A DNA stretch of 54,789 nucleotides from the NCBI GenBank assembly GCA_016840545.1, contig JAEOSD010000001.1, forward strand, positions 1 through 54,789, read 5' to 3'. The position numbers were made by a program, and so were the translations under genes. The stretch comes from Promethearchaeota archaeon. Lineage in GTDB: Archaea > Asgardarchaeota > Lokiarchaeia > Sigyniarchaeales > SOKP01. A model generated the notes under the pieces. That model searched no databases. It saw nothing but the letters and a program-made list of their open reading frames with translations, and had not been told where the DNA came from. The stretch's first letter is position 1. Every line of letters starts with the position of its first letter. Shown here piece after piece: positions 19,033-28,904 of this stretch.

Positions 19033-20715
19033 TTACTTATTATTCGTTCTTATAGCAATACATGCCTTTATAAAATCAGTATAAATGGGAGAAGGATTAT
19101 ATGGACGCGATTTAAACTCTGGGTGAAATTGTGTACCTACCATCCAATGATCTTTCCGATTTAACTCAATACTATTAATTATTTTTCCTGTTTCATCTCT
19201 ACTTGAAACAACCATCCCTTTTTGCTTAGCTTCATCCGTAATAAACCTCTCTTTTATATGAAATCTATGTCTGAATCGTTCAAATATCTCTTTTTTTTGA
19301 TAGGTATTAAAAAGTCTAGTATCAGGTTCTATGATAATTTTTTGAGCCCCTAATCTCATACTTCCTCCTTTTTCACTCACTTCCTTTTGACTTTCTAGCA
19401 AATCTACTACTGGAAAAGGTGTATTCGGATCTATTTCAGTTGAATGTGCTCCTTTTAATCCTAAATATTTTCTACAAAAAGCAATATAAAACAACTGAGC
19501 TCCAAAGCATATTCCGAGAAAAGGTACTTTCTTTTCCATGGCATATTCAGCAGAATGAATCATTCCTTCCACTGCCCTTTCTCCAAAACCAGGAGTTAGT
19601 AAAATACCATCACAATCACTCAATTCCTTTTCAATATCAGTTTCTTCTGTTATATTTATCATTTTTAATTCAGGTTTGTATCCTTGATGAGCTGCAGCAT
19701 GTTCTAACGCATTGTTTATAGATATGTAAGAATCAGAAATGTTGAAATATTTCCCGGGCATTCCTATTTTTATTGTTTTAGTAGCATTCTTATACATCTC
19801 AACCATTTTTACCCATTCAGAGTAATTTGTTACTTCACTATAAGAGACTAGTTTTGCTTTCAAATCAATTAATTCACATATAATATCTCCTAATCCTTGT
19901 TCTTCAAATAAAAGAGGCAATTCATAGATAATTTCTAGATCAGGATTAGAAATTACTGCATTTTCAGGAACATTAGAATACAATGATATTTTTCTTCTGA
20001 TGTCATCATCAAGCGGTTTCTCACTCCTACCAATAATAATATCCGGTTGTAGTCCCATGCTTTGAAGCATTTTAACGGAATGTTGAGTAGGTTTTGATTT
20101 TTGTTGTCCAACGGCTCTCGAATAAGGTACGAGAGTTACATGAATAAATGCTGTATGTTTAGGATATTCTAATTTAAGCTGCCTAAATGCTTCCAAAAAG
20201 ATACTTGATTCTAAATCACCGACTGTACCTCCACATTCAATCAATAATACGTCTAATTCTTCACTTTCAGCAATTTCCATCAATCTTTCTTTAATTATGT
20301 CTGTTACATGAGGAATTAATTGAACTGTTTTTCCTAAAAATTTACCCTTTCTTTCTCCAAGAATAGTAGAAAGGTAAATTTGACCAGATGTTATATTATG
20401 AGAAGGATGCATTTCTATACCAAGAATTCTAGAATAGGTTCCAAAATCTTGATCTATCTCAGAAATCCTATAACTTCTTTCATCTGATTCGAATACTGGT
20501 TTAAAATTCCACACATCTTCCGTAATAAAGCATTCTCCGTGCTCAATTGGATTTAATGTTCCTGGATCTACATTTAGATAGGGATCTATTTTAACAACAG
20601 AGACTTTAAATCCACGAAATTGAAGAACCTTACCGATGCTGGCAGTTACTACACCTTTCCCAATTCCTGACATAACACCTCCGGTGCAAAAGCAAAATTT
20701 ACAATTATTACTCAT
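19033..20715 (-). CDS. pyrG: CTP synthase
   Basis: 560 aa with the N-terminal synthetase motif GGVMSGIGKG and a C-terminal GATase with LGICFGAQ and GTQFHPEF. Confidence 0.95.
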   Translation of the reverse strand: MSNNCKFCFCTGGVMSGIGKGVVTASIGKVLQFRGFKVSVVKIDPYLNVDPGTLNPIEHGECFITEDVWNFKPVFESDERSYRISEIDQDFGTYSRILGIEMHPSHNITSGQIYLSTILGERKGKFLGKTVQLIPHVTDIIKERLMEIAESEELDVLLIECGGTVGDLESSIFLEAFRQLKLEYPKHTAFIHVTLVPYSRAVGQQKSKPTQHSVKMLQSMGLQPDIIIGRSEKPLDDDIRRKISLYSNVPENAVISNPDLEIIYELPLLFEEQGLGDIICELIDLKAKLVSYSEVTNYSEWVKMVEMYKNATKTIKIGMPGKYFNISDSYISINNALEHAAAHQGYKPELKMINITEETDIEKELSDCDGILLTPGFGERAVEGMIHSAEYAMEKKVPFLGICFGAQLFYIAFCRKYLGLKGAHSTEIDPNTPFPVVDLLESQKEVSEKGGSMRLGAQKIIIEPDTRLFNTYQKKEIFERFRHRFHIKERFITDEAKQKGMVVSSRDETGKIINSIELNRKDHWMVGTQFHPEFKSRPYNPSPIYTDFIKACIAIRTNNK

Positions 20716-20847
20716 TATCTAAACCTTTAATGCTCTTAAATACCTATTATTCAATTTTTTAAAATAAAAATATTAAATATCAAACACATTTAATAAGGGT
20801 TTCGAGATATTAAAAAATTGTATTATTAATTTTATATTAAAATATAG

Positions 20848-21663
20848 TTATTTGCCTTTAAAAATTGGATCTCTCTTTTGACCTAAGGCTTTTAATGATT
20901 CTCGAAAATCATGGGTTTTTAAGAGATTTCTAAGACCCTTATTTTCTAAATCTAAAGTATTTGATAAGATTTCTTTAAAATAATTATGCATTGTTTTTTT
21001 CATTAATTTAATTGATAAACTTGGACCGCTTGGAGGGGCTAATTTTAATGCCTGTTCTCTAGCAAATGGGATCAGTTCATCTTTTGGGAGGATTTTATTG
21101 ATAATTCCAAGATCTAAAGCTTCCTGAGCCGTAATTTTTTTACCAAAGTAAAGCAAATCTTTTGTTTTTTGAAAGCCTATATAGAATGGTAAGATAAAAT
21201 GAGCTGCAAACTCTGCCATAACAGCTCGCCTTGAAAAATAAAAACCAATATATGCATCCTCTGCCATATAAATCAAATCCGCACCAGCTAAAGGCATTGT
21301 GAAGCCAGCGCCTACGGCTAAACCATTAATGGCAGCTATAACTGGCTTTGAAAAATTCCAGAATCTCATACATAATTTTTTTTGAGCAATATCTTGCAAA
21401 TCTATATCTTTTATGATCTCCTGAGAAACTTTCGTAAGTAAATTCATATTAAAATACCCCCCAGAAGAAAAGGAATCACCTGTCCCAGTTATTATTAATA
21501 CTCTAGCATTTTTGTCTGCTTCCATATCTTCGAGTATTGTCACTAATTCCAAAAAAGTGACAAAGGACATCGCATTTTTTCTTTCTGGAATATTCAATGT
21601 TGCCATACATATTCCATTATCTTGTTTTTGATATATAATATCTTGAATATCCTCAACATTCAT
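20848..21663 (-). CDS. enoyl-CoA hydratase/isomerase (crotonase family)
   Basis: 271 aa with a crotonase fold and the motifs GDSFSSGGYF and NGLAVGAGFTMPLAGAD. Confidence 0.8.
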   Translation of the reverse strand: MNVEDIQDIIYQKQDNGICMATLNIPERKNAMSFVTFLELVTILEDMEADKNARVLIITGTGDSFSSGGYFNMNLLTKVSQEIIKDIDLQDIAQKKLCMRFWNFSKPVIAAINGLAVGAGFTMPLAGADLIYMAEDAYIGFYFSRRAVMAEFAAHFILPFYIGFQKTKDLLYFGKKITAQEALDLGIINKILPKDELIPFAREQALKLAPPSGPSLSIKLMKKTMHNYFKEILSNTLDLENKGLRNLLKTHDFRESLKALGQKRDPIFKGK

Positions 21664-21959
21664 TTTTATGACATTTTATTTATATTTATCAATATCTATT
21701 CCATATTTTAAAAAGTGCCTTCTAGTATTTTCTTCATTATTTTTATTGAGATTTTTCAGAAATTCTTCAAACTGTGGTTGGTTCCTTTTAAGGTTAGGGC
21801 TCTTAATATCGCTTTACTATCATAGATATAGAGCTGATTATTTTTAAGAATAATATATAGAGTTTAATTTTTTCATATATAATCCTTTCTAATCAATTAA
21901 AAGATGCTATTGTTTATTAAAAGTAAAAAAAAAAGTAAAAATTAGAAAGTTAAGTATAA

Positions 21960-23240
21960 TTATATTAGTTTAAATAATGCTCGCATGCTATAACTCATTA
22001 TATATTGCTGGATTTGGCGTGTACCTCCACCAATTTCCTGAATCCTAGTTATTCCCAATAAATCTTGCATTAAAGTATTATCACATACCCCAGCACCCCC
22101 CATAAGGTTAGCACATTCATAAGCGGCTCTTTCACACAACTTGGCACTAACAGATTTTAATTGAGCTGCTGTCACTCCAAGTGCTAAATTAAATTCTTTA
22201 GGAAGCGTACCTCGTTCTTTCATTTTATTATCTATCATCTGAGTAATATTTAAAGTTGCCAGAGTCAAACTCATGGTTTCAGCCCATAAATCTACTAACG
22301 GAAATCCCACTCCTTGATACTTTAAGACTACTTGGTCAAATTGCTTTCTCATATTAGCATAGATAAAGGCGTGAGTAATTGCGTTCCAAGCTTCTGCAAC
22401 ATTAAGACAAACAATACCTAATCGTTCTAGATTTAAGCCTTCAAATAAATGAGATCTTCCATCACCAGGTTTACCTAAAACACAATCAGCAGGTATTCTT
22501 AAATTTGTAAAGGTTTCTTTTCCAATATGTATCCTAGGGGTCCATGGAATATTTACTCTCTTTGCGTTCCAACCTTCCCAAGTCGTATCAACAAGGAACT
22601 GTGCCATAGTATTTCCATTATTTTTTTCAGTTACTGCATACATTACCGCCCAATCTGCCTTAGAACCATTAGTTTGATAAATTTTTTCACCATTTACTAA
22701 ATAACTTCCATCATCCTGCTTATCACATGTAGTAAGCATATGAACTGCATCTGAACCTCTTTCTGGTTCTGTGATGCATATACATCCGATTTTTTCTCCA
22801 GTAACTAATTCTTTTAAAGCTTTTAGACGGATGTCAATATTTTCATGGTGGAGCATTAAAGGATTAATCGCTAAAACACTTGCTCCCATACCCATAGTAA
22901 GTTGAGGGTCAAAAAAGTCAGTAGCAAATGCTCTCATAAATTCCGCTGTTAAACCATAAGGCTCATAATTTAGGCCAAGATTCTCAAAATTATTTACTCG
23001 AGTAACCAATCCCTCTTTTCCAATTTCAGGAATCCATTCATAAATATCTTCATTATGAGTAATATTATGCTTTTTTTCAAACCCCATAAAGAATTTTTCA
23101 GCTTTTTTGAGGAAATCAAAATTTTCTTTTTTCAAATACGTCATTAGGTTATAGTTCAAAAATTTATATCTATTCTTTAATGAGAGTTTTTCTAAAATTT
23201 CGTCATTAATGCATTGAACTTCTCCTTTTTTATTTTCCAA
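21960..23240 (-). CDS. acyl-CoA dehydrogenase
   Basis: 426 aa with CITEPERGSD (middle beta-domain motif) and the C-terminal IQEIGGGT catalytic-Glu context. It has a TTG start and an N-terminal extension of about 50 aa. Confidence 0.85.
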   Translation of the reverse strand: MENKKGEVQCINDEILEKLSLKNRYKFLNYNLMTYLKKENFDFLKKAEKFFMGFEKKHNITHNEDIYEWIPEIGKEGLVTRVNNFENLGLNYEPYGLTAEFMRAFATDFFDPQLTMGMGASVLAINPLMLHHENIDIRLKALKELVTGEKIGCICITEPERGSDAVHMLTTCDKQDDGSYLVNGEKIYQTNGSKADWAVMYAVTEKNNGNTMAQFLVDTTWEGWNAKRVNIPWTPRIHIGKETFTNLRIPADCVLGKPGDGRSHLFEGLNLERLGIVCLNVAEAWNAITHAFIYANMRKQFDQVVLKYQGVGFPLVDLWAETMSLTLATLNITQMIDNKMKERGTLPKEFNLALGVTAAQLKSVSAKLCERAAYECANLMGGAGVCDNTLMQDLLGITRIQEIGGGTRQIQQYIMSYSMRALFKLI

Positions 23241-23380
23241 TTAATTCAACTCCTTTCTTTTAATAACTAAATTCTTATGGATATAGTATACAATAGATTT
23301 CTTAATATAGTTTTTTAAATCTTAATTTTTAAAAAAAAAGAAATAAAATATAAGTAAAAATAAAATTAATTTTATTTGTT

Positions 23381-25108
23381 TTATTCTTCTCTAAGTGCTC
23401 GTTTTAAAACTTTTCCTACAGTAGTTAAGGGTAAATTTTCTCTAAATTCCCAAATCCTAGGATTTTCATACTTTGAAAGATGGTCTGCTGAGTATTTTTT
23501 CAATTTATCTTTCACAGAATCTGTAGGTTGAACTCCTTCTTTAAGTTGAACTATAGCTTTAACAATTTCACTTCCGGGGCGATTAGGGTCTTTTAGTCCT
23601 ATAATAGCAACCATCTCGATATCTGGATGTTTCGTTAAGACATCCTCGACGTGAACGCTATAAACTTTATAACCAGACACAATTAGCATGTCTTTTGTTC
23701 TATCTACAATAGTAATATAGCCATCCTCATCCATTACTCCTACGTCTCCAGTATGTAACCATCCATCAATTATTGTTTGTGCGTTAGCCTCTGGTTTTTT
23801 GTAATATCCTCTAGTAACATGAGGTCCCTTGCAAATTATTTCACCAGGTTTGCCGAGTTCTACTTGTTCCCCAGTTTCAACATCCACTATACGGATTTCG
23901 GTATCAGGTACTGGGAGACCGACGGTTCCAATTTTCTTTTTTCCATAATACGGATTCCCAGTAAGGATAGGCGACGTCTCTGTCATTCCATATACTTCCA
24001 TAACTTTGTTTTCTGCTTTCATAGTATTTTCAAAATCTCTGATTGCTTCAGCAGGAAATGGTGCCGCTCCAGATATGTAGACATCAAGTCGATCTAAAGC
24101 AGTATCTGGAACTTTATTGATCAAAGGGTCGTTTTTAAGCGATAAGTATAGAGTAGGTACATTTACCATCAATTTGGGTCTTTTATCAATTACTTCTTCT
24201 ATTATATGTTTTGTATCTCGTGGATTAGCAATTAAAATTTGAGGGGCAGATATGTAAAGTGTAGTCATACTCATTTGTAAACCAGCAAGATGGAACATGG
24301 GGAACGCGCTTAGATTTATTTCTCCCTCTTTTGCTACTTTTGTATCAATCCAGGTAACAATTTGGGTCATATTTGAAATAATATTTTTATGAGTTAATTC
24401 TGTACCTTTAGGTAATCCTGTAGTTCCGCCAGTGTATTGGAGTAGAGCTAAATCATTTTCAATATCTATATTCACTTCTTTAACATCTGGTGCTGTTTTC
24501 ATTACCTCTTGAAAATCTAGAACTAATTTTCCTGGAAAAGGTATAACCTTACCTTTTGGGATCTTTCCAATTAATTTACCAAGGAAGATAATTGGTTTTC
24601 CGAGGCCCATATAGTCAGAAACATTGGTAGTAATAACACAATTTAAATTAGGAACTTTTTCCAGGATTTTAATTAAAACCTTGGCATAAACCGCATCAAG
24701 AGTGACAAAAAATTTAGATTCACTGTCATTAATTTGGTAAGCTAGCTCAGTAGGACTTAGAAGTGGAGAACATCCTGATGCTACTCCTCCAGCCAATAGA
24801 GTTCCAAAATGGGCTACCATATATTGAGGACAATTTGGTAAATTAATAGCGACTCTATCTCCTTTTTCTAACCCATTTTCTTGTAAAAATGTAGCGAATC
24901 TATGTACATAATCCCTAAGCTCTTCAAATGAAATTTCTTTTTTCATAAAATAACAAGCAGCTCTATCCGGGAATCTACTCATTGCTTTATCGAATAACTT
25001 TCCAAGACTCTCCTTGGGATACTCTAAAGTAGGAGGAACATGCTTATCATATGATTTTAGCCATATTTTAGCATCATAGGAGCTTTTTTGAGTTTGTATA
25101 TAAATCAC
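23381..25108 (-). CDS. long/medium-chain fatty-acid--CoA ligase (AMP-forming)
   Basis: 575 aa with AMP-binding motifs LQYTGGTTGLPKG, YGMTE and TGDVG. It has a GTG start. Confidence 0.9.
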   Translation of the reverse strand: MIYIQTQKSSYDAKIWLKSYDKHVPPTLEYPKESLGKLFDKAMSRFPDRAACYFMKKEISFEELRDYVHRFATFLQENGLEKGDRVAINLPNCPQYMVAHFGTLLAGGVASGCSPLLSPTELAYQINDSESKFFVTLDAVYAKVLIKILEKVPNLNCVITTNVSDYMGLGKPIIFLGKLIGKIPKGKVIPFPGKLVLDFQEVMKTAPDVKEVNIDIENDLALLQYTGGTTGLPKGTELTHKNIISNMTQIVTWIDTKVAKEGEINLSAFPMFHLAGLQMSMTTLYISAPQILIANPRDTKHIIEEVIDKRPKLMVNVPTLYLSLKNDPLINKVPDTALDRLDVYISGAAPFPAEAIRDFENTMKAENKVMEVYGMTETSPILTGNPYYGKKKIGTVGLPVPDTEIRIVDVETGEQVELGKPGEIICKGPHVTRGYYKKPEANAQTIIDGWLHTGDVGVMDEDGYITIVDRTKDMLIVSGYKVYSVHVEDVLTKHPDIEMVAIIGLKDPNRPGSEIVKAIVQLKEGVQPTDSVKDKLKKYSADHLSKYENPRIWEFRENLPLTTVGKVLKRALREE

Positions 25109-25733
25109 CTTTTATTCAATAATTTAAAATCAATTATTTACAAAATTAGTAAATAACATTAGTATTAATAGGAGAATTTATAAATATTTTTAAAAATTTT
25201 TAAGAAATCCTACAAAAAAGATATGATTTTATTTACCATTTCGATCAAATACGTGTAAAAAAGAATAATTAAAAAAGAATTTAAGTTAGAGATCAATCAA
25301 TTTCCACTTGAATCTTAATATCGTCATGCAAACCGCTAGATAATTTACTAAAGGCTTCAGGTTCTCTGATACGATTGCTTCTGGAGTGGGTAAATCCTTC
25401 ATTCTTTTATACTTTCTCTTATAATAGTAAGTAGACTAACACAATATTAACTTTCTTATTTATATAATTTAATTAAATGATTTATAAAAATAGGAATAAA
25501 TCTTTAAAAAATTTTTAAAATTATTTCGATATAAAAACATGTTGAAAAAAATTTAATATTTTCATAGATTCATATTATTATGTTTTAGAAGCCAAATTTA
25601 AACTGAACATTATTAGGTTATTCTAAGATATTATTAAATAAAATACAGAAGTGGCTCAGCAATATTATCTCAATATTAACAATTTATATAAGGTAATTTC
25701 TATTATTTTAATCACCATTTAATACAAAATTAA

Positions 25734-26180
25734 ATGTATCTAGTTGAGAAAAAAATGAGCGAAAGTAAAAAAGATTCTAATGAGTTATTGAACATTTTAA
25801 TGATAATCATTGGAGCCCTTTTTCTCTTGATGGGTGTAATCAATCTCTTAGCATGGGGCGGGATAAGTTTAGGGATTGATCTATCAGATCCTGCTGTAGT
25901 GGCGGCACTTAGTATTCTTGGACCTTCAGGTTTAGTTTCTGCTATTCTTGGATTTTGGTGCATAGTCTCAGGTATCGGTATGTTTGGAGAAGAAGAATGG
26001 GCAATGGGACAAGCTCTTGTAGTCCTGAGCATCATGGCTGTTCAAACTCTTTCGATAATGCTATCATGGTTTAATACTGAATGGTTTACAAATTGGGTTA
26101 ACTATATTTATCTAGTGGCATTTATATTAGGAGCAGTTGGCTTTTTCTGGTTACTATTCACAAGAAAGAGATATCATTAG
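25734..26180 (+). CDS. small integral membrane protein (4 predicted TM helices), unknown function
   Basis: 148-aa ORF with four hydrophobic stretches. An alternative ATG lies at 25755 (MSESKKD). The overlapping minus-strand ORF (25730-26035) is non-membrane, Pro/Arg-rich and less plausible. Confidence 0.5.
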   Translation: MYLVEKKMSESKKDSNELLNILMIIIGALFLLMGVINLLAWGGISLGIDLSDPAVVAALSILGPSGLVSAILGFWCIVSGIGMFGEEEWAMGQALVVLSIMAVQTLSIMLSWFNTEWFTNWVNYIYLVAFILGAVGFFWLLFTRKRYH

Positions 26181-26346
26181 ACCCAATAAGGAATTCAAAA
26201 TTTAATTATATTATTTTTTTATTTTTTTTCTAACTCTATAATTAAATAAATAACTTCTAAAACAAATGTTAAAGAAATTAGGAGTCTTATTTATTAATTG
26301 AAAAAAATTATCCCTATTATAACTAATAAATTAAAAGGATTGTAAA

Positions 26347-27888
26347 ATGAGAACTTATGAAGATTATGTCCAAAGATTATATAAAATGAAACCAAATGTC
26401 TATATCGGTGAGGAAAAAGTTAGTCGAGACGATCCTCGCATAAAAGGGGGAATGAGAATTATAAAAGAAACTTTTGATAAAGCTCATGAACCAGAGTGGG
26501 AAGATATCTGTACTGCTACGAGTCATTTAACGGGTAAGAAGATTAATCGATTTTGTCATATTCATCAGAGTGAAGATGATTTATTAAAAAAACAGTTAAT
26601 GACAAGGCAACTTTGTCATCGCTGTGGGGGTTGTATTCAAAGATGCATGGGAATTGATTCACTCAATGCACTTTCAGTAATTACTTATGAAATGGACCAA
26701 GCACTTGGAACAGATCACTACATAAGATTTAATAAATACATGGAATATTTTCAAGAAAATGATCTTGTAGCTAGTTGTGCCCAAACTGATGCTAAAGGAG
26801 ATCGATTAAAAAGGCCACATGAACAAGAGGATCCTGATCAGTACTTGAGAGTAATCGAAACAAGAGAGCATGGTATCGTGGTTAGAGGATGCAAGGTTAA
26901 TATTACAAATACAGCTTATGCCGATGAGATGATAATTGTTCCATGCAGATATATGGGGCCCGAAGATAAAGATTATGCTGTAGCTTTCGCCTTACCAACA
27001 GATTGGGATGGTGTAAAATTACTTACTCGCCCTGCAAATTTCAGAAAAAGTAAATATGCTGAAGCTCCTGGTCTAGAGATTGGAGATTGTGAAACTTTTA
27101 TCATTTTTGATGATGTATTTGTTCCAAATGATCGCGTTTTCTTGAATGGTCATGGTGATCCAAGGCAAACTCCTTATGCGGGTTTCTTAGCCCTCATGTT
27201 TGCGCATTATCATCGCCATAGCTATACTGGTTGCAAACCAGCAGTATCTGAGGTAATTGCAAGTGCTGCTGCATTAGTGGCGGAATATAATGGCATTGAA
27301 AAGACTTCTCACGCGAGAGATAAAATATCTCATATTATAGGTACAGCTGAACTCGTGTTTGCTGCTGGAGAATCAAGCGCAAAGCATTCTGAAAAAGCAC
27401 CCTCAGGTACCCAAGTGCCAGATGAGATTCTTACAAATGCTGGAAGAAGACTTGCGGGGGAAATGATTTATGAGGAGTATAAAATACTAGCGGATCTTTC
27501 TGGTGGATTAATTGCAACATTACCTTTCGAGGAAACTTTTTATAGCGAAGAAGTTGGTGAGCTTGCTATGAAATACTTGCAACGAAATCCTCGTGTCAAG
27601 CCAGAGAATATATTGAGGTGTTTTAAAGGAATTGAAGGAATGGTTGTATCAGATCTCGCAGGGGTAATGCAGGTAGCGGGCTTACACGGAGGAGGATCAC
27701 CACAAATGGAAACAATAACAATGATGATGCGTTATGACACAGAAAAACTAAAAGATATAGCGAAATATCTATTTGGAATAAAGAAAAAGCTAAAACGGTA
27801 TGAACGCCCTACAGTGACCCCTAGAAAACAACTTGAAAAATTTAGAGAAGCAATGTTGAGAAAGAAAAATCAAGAACCAAACTGTTAA
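26347..27888 (+). CDS. 4-hydroxybutyryl-CoA dehydratase-family protein, divergent second paralogue
   Basis: 513 aa. The cluster ligands are retained (GGCIQRCMG and YHRHSYTGCK). It has a basic C-terminal tail of about 35 aa that is absent from the first paralogue. Confidence 0.8.
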   Translation: MRTYEDYVQRLYKMKPNVYIGEEKVSRDDPRIKGGMRIIKETFDKAHEPEWEDICTATSHLTGKKINRFCHIHQSEDDLLKKQLMTRQLCHRCGGCIQRCMGIDSLNALSVITYEMDQALGTDHYIRFNKYMEYFQENDLVASCAQTDAKGDRLKRPHEQEDPDQYLRVIETREHGIVVRGCKVNITNTAYADEMIIVPCRYMGPEDKDYAVAFALPTDWDGVKLLTRPANFRKSKYAEAPGLEIGDCETFIIFDDVFVPNDRVFLNGHGDPRQTPYAGFLALMFAHYHRHSYTGCKPAVSEVIASAAALVAEYNGIEKTSHARDKISHIIGTAELVFAAGESSAKHSEKAPSGTQVPDEILTNAGRRLAGEMIYEEYKILADLSGGLIATLPFEETFYSEEVGELAMKYLQRNPRVKPENILRCFKGIEGMVVSDLAGVMQVAGLHGGGSPQMETITMMMRYDTEKLKDIAKYLFGIKKKLKRYERPTVTPRKQLEKFREAMLRKKNQEPNC

Positions 27889-27937
27889 TTTAAATTAGAT
27901 TTTTATATTCTTTTTTTTATTTTAATTAACCAATTTT

Positions 27938-28900
27938 TTATAAAAGACACAAAACAAAGTATTGCTTTTCATTAATTGGTTCAATACCTAAATCCTTATT
28001 TTCATTTATGAAGTTATTAACTGCTACCCCTTTTTCATACAATTCGTTAAATTTTTCATGAAAAATCTTGTAAATACTACTATTCCTTGAGATATATGCC
28101 CCAATTAGTTTATTTGTTGGATCAAAACTAGGTTGAACTAATTCATCATCAGTAAGACAAAAGTTACTAAAATCATCATTAGTAACGTGAACATCAATAC
28201 TTTTAAATTCTAAATTATATTGATTAAGATGGTTAGTTAAAAATTTGAAATCTTCGCTTATTAATAGATCTTTGACTAATTCTGCATTAAAAATGACTTT
28301 AATGTCTAAATTTTTTACATTATCTTTAATTTTGATCATTCCATTCTTCATCGTATCCTTTAAATCTTCAGGCACGTGAGTCGGTCCTTGTTGTTTTACA
28401 ATAGTCATTAATTCATTGTCATATCTTATACCAATTGCAATTCTACATTCATTTCTAGCTGTAAAGGCATAATAAGTTTCATAAAGGTTATTCAAATCAT
28501 ATTTTATGAATTCTACAAATTCTTGGCTAATTTGATCGGTAAGTTGATACGATTTTAAAAAATCATCTAATGCAAATTCCGCTTTTTCCTTTTTTTCTTG
28601 AAATTCTTGCGATAATTCTTCTATTCGATTATTAATAATTTTTTGCCATATTGGAATTACAGGTGTAGCCAAGTGAATTTTCATTGGGCGATCATATATT
28701 TGGACAAGCTCTAAATCATTTAATACTGAGCAAATTTTATAACCTCTTTTTAAGGTGAGACCAAATTGAGAAGATACATCTTTTAAATTATCGATTCTAA
28801 CATTTTTTAATAAATAATGATATATTTTCTCGATGCCTTTTTCGATAACACCAATCGCATCAAATAAAGAACTGAGAGGTAAAAGTTCGCTGTCTTCCAT
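27938..28900 (-). CDS. TrmB-like protein: N-terminal winged-helix, coiled-coil linker, C-terminal effector-type domain
   Basis: 320 aa. The wHTH-like segment is IYHYLLKN...VSSQFGLTLKRGYKICSVLNDLELVQIYDRPMKIHL, followed by the Glu/Lys-rich helix IEELSQEFQEKKEKAE, as in TrmB-family regulators. Its ATG is 4 nt after the GTPase stop. The SD AGGTGA overlaps that stop. Confidence 0.5.
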   Translation of the reverse strand: MEDSELLPLSSLFDAIGVIEKGIEKIYHYLLKNVRIDNLKDVSSQFGLTLKRGYKICSVLNDLELVQIYDRPMKIHLATPVIPIWQKIINNRIEELSQEFQEKKEKAEFALDDFLKSYQLTDQISQEFVEFIKYDLNNLYETYYAFTARNECRIAIGIRYDNELMTIVKQQGPTHVPEDLKDTMKNGMIKIKDNVKNLDIKVIFNAELVKDLLISEDFKFLTNHLNQYNLEFKSIDVHVTNDDFSNFCLTDDELVQPSFDPTNKLIGAYISRNSSIYKIFHEKFNELYEKGVAVNNFINENKDLGIEPINEKQYFVLCLL

Positions 28901-28904
28901 AAGA

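Noticed and set aside
21679-21813. 45-codon minus-strand open frame (SDIKSPNLKRNQPQFEEFLKNLNKNNEENTRRHFLKYGIDIDKYK) ending 13 nt before the crotonase ATG
   Set aside because: It has no ATG, GTG or TTG and no recognisable motif. An open stretch of this length is not very improbable by chance. It is worth revisiting only if non-canonical initiation is confirmed genome-wide.
25730-26035. 101-aa minus-strand ORF overlapping the small membrane-protein gene
   Set aside because: The plus-strand reading gives four clean TM helices. The minus-strand product is Pro/Arg/Ile-rich and featureless. I kept the plus-strand call at only moderate confidence.
27941-27955. C-terminal ...VLCLL of the TrmB-like protein as a possible CaaX prenylation box
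   Set aside because: Only two residues follow the Cys. CaaX needs three, and Rab-type CC/CXC motifs are absent.
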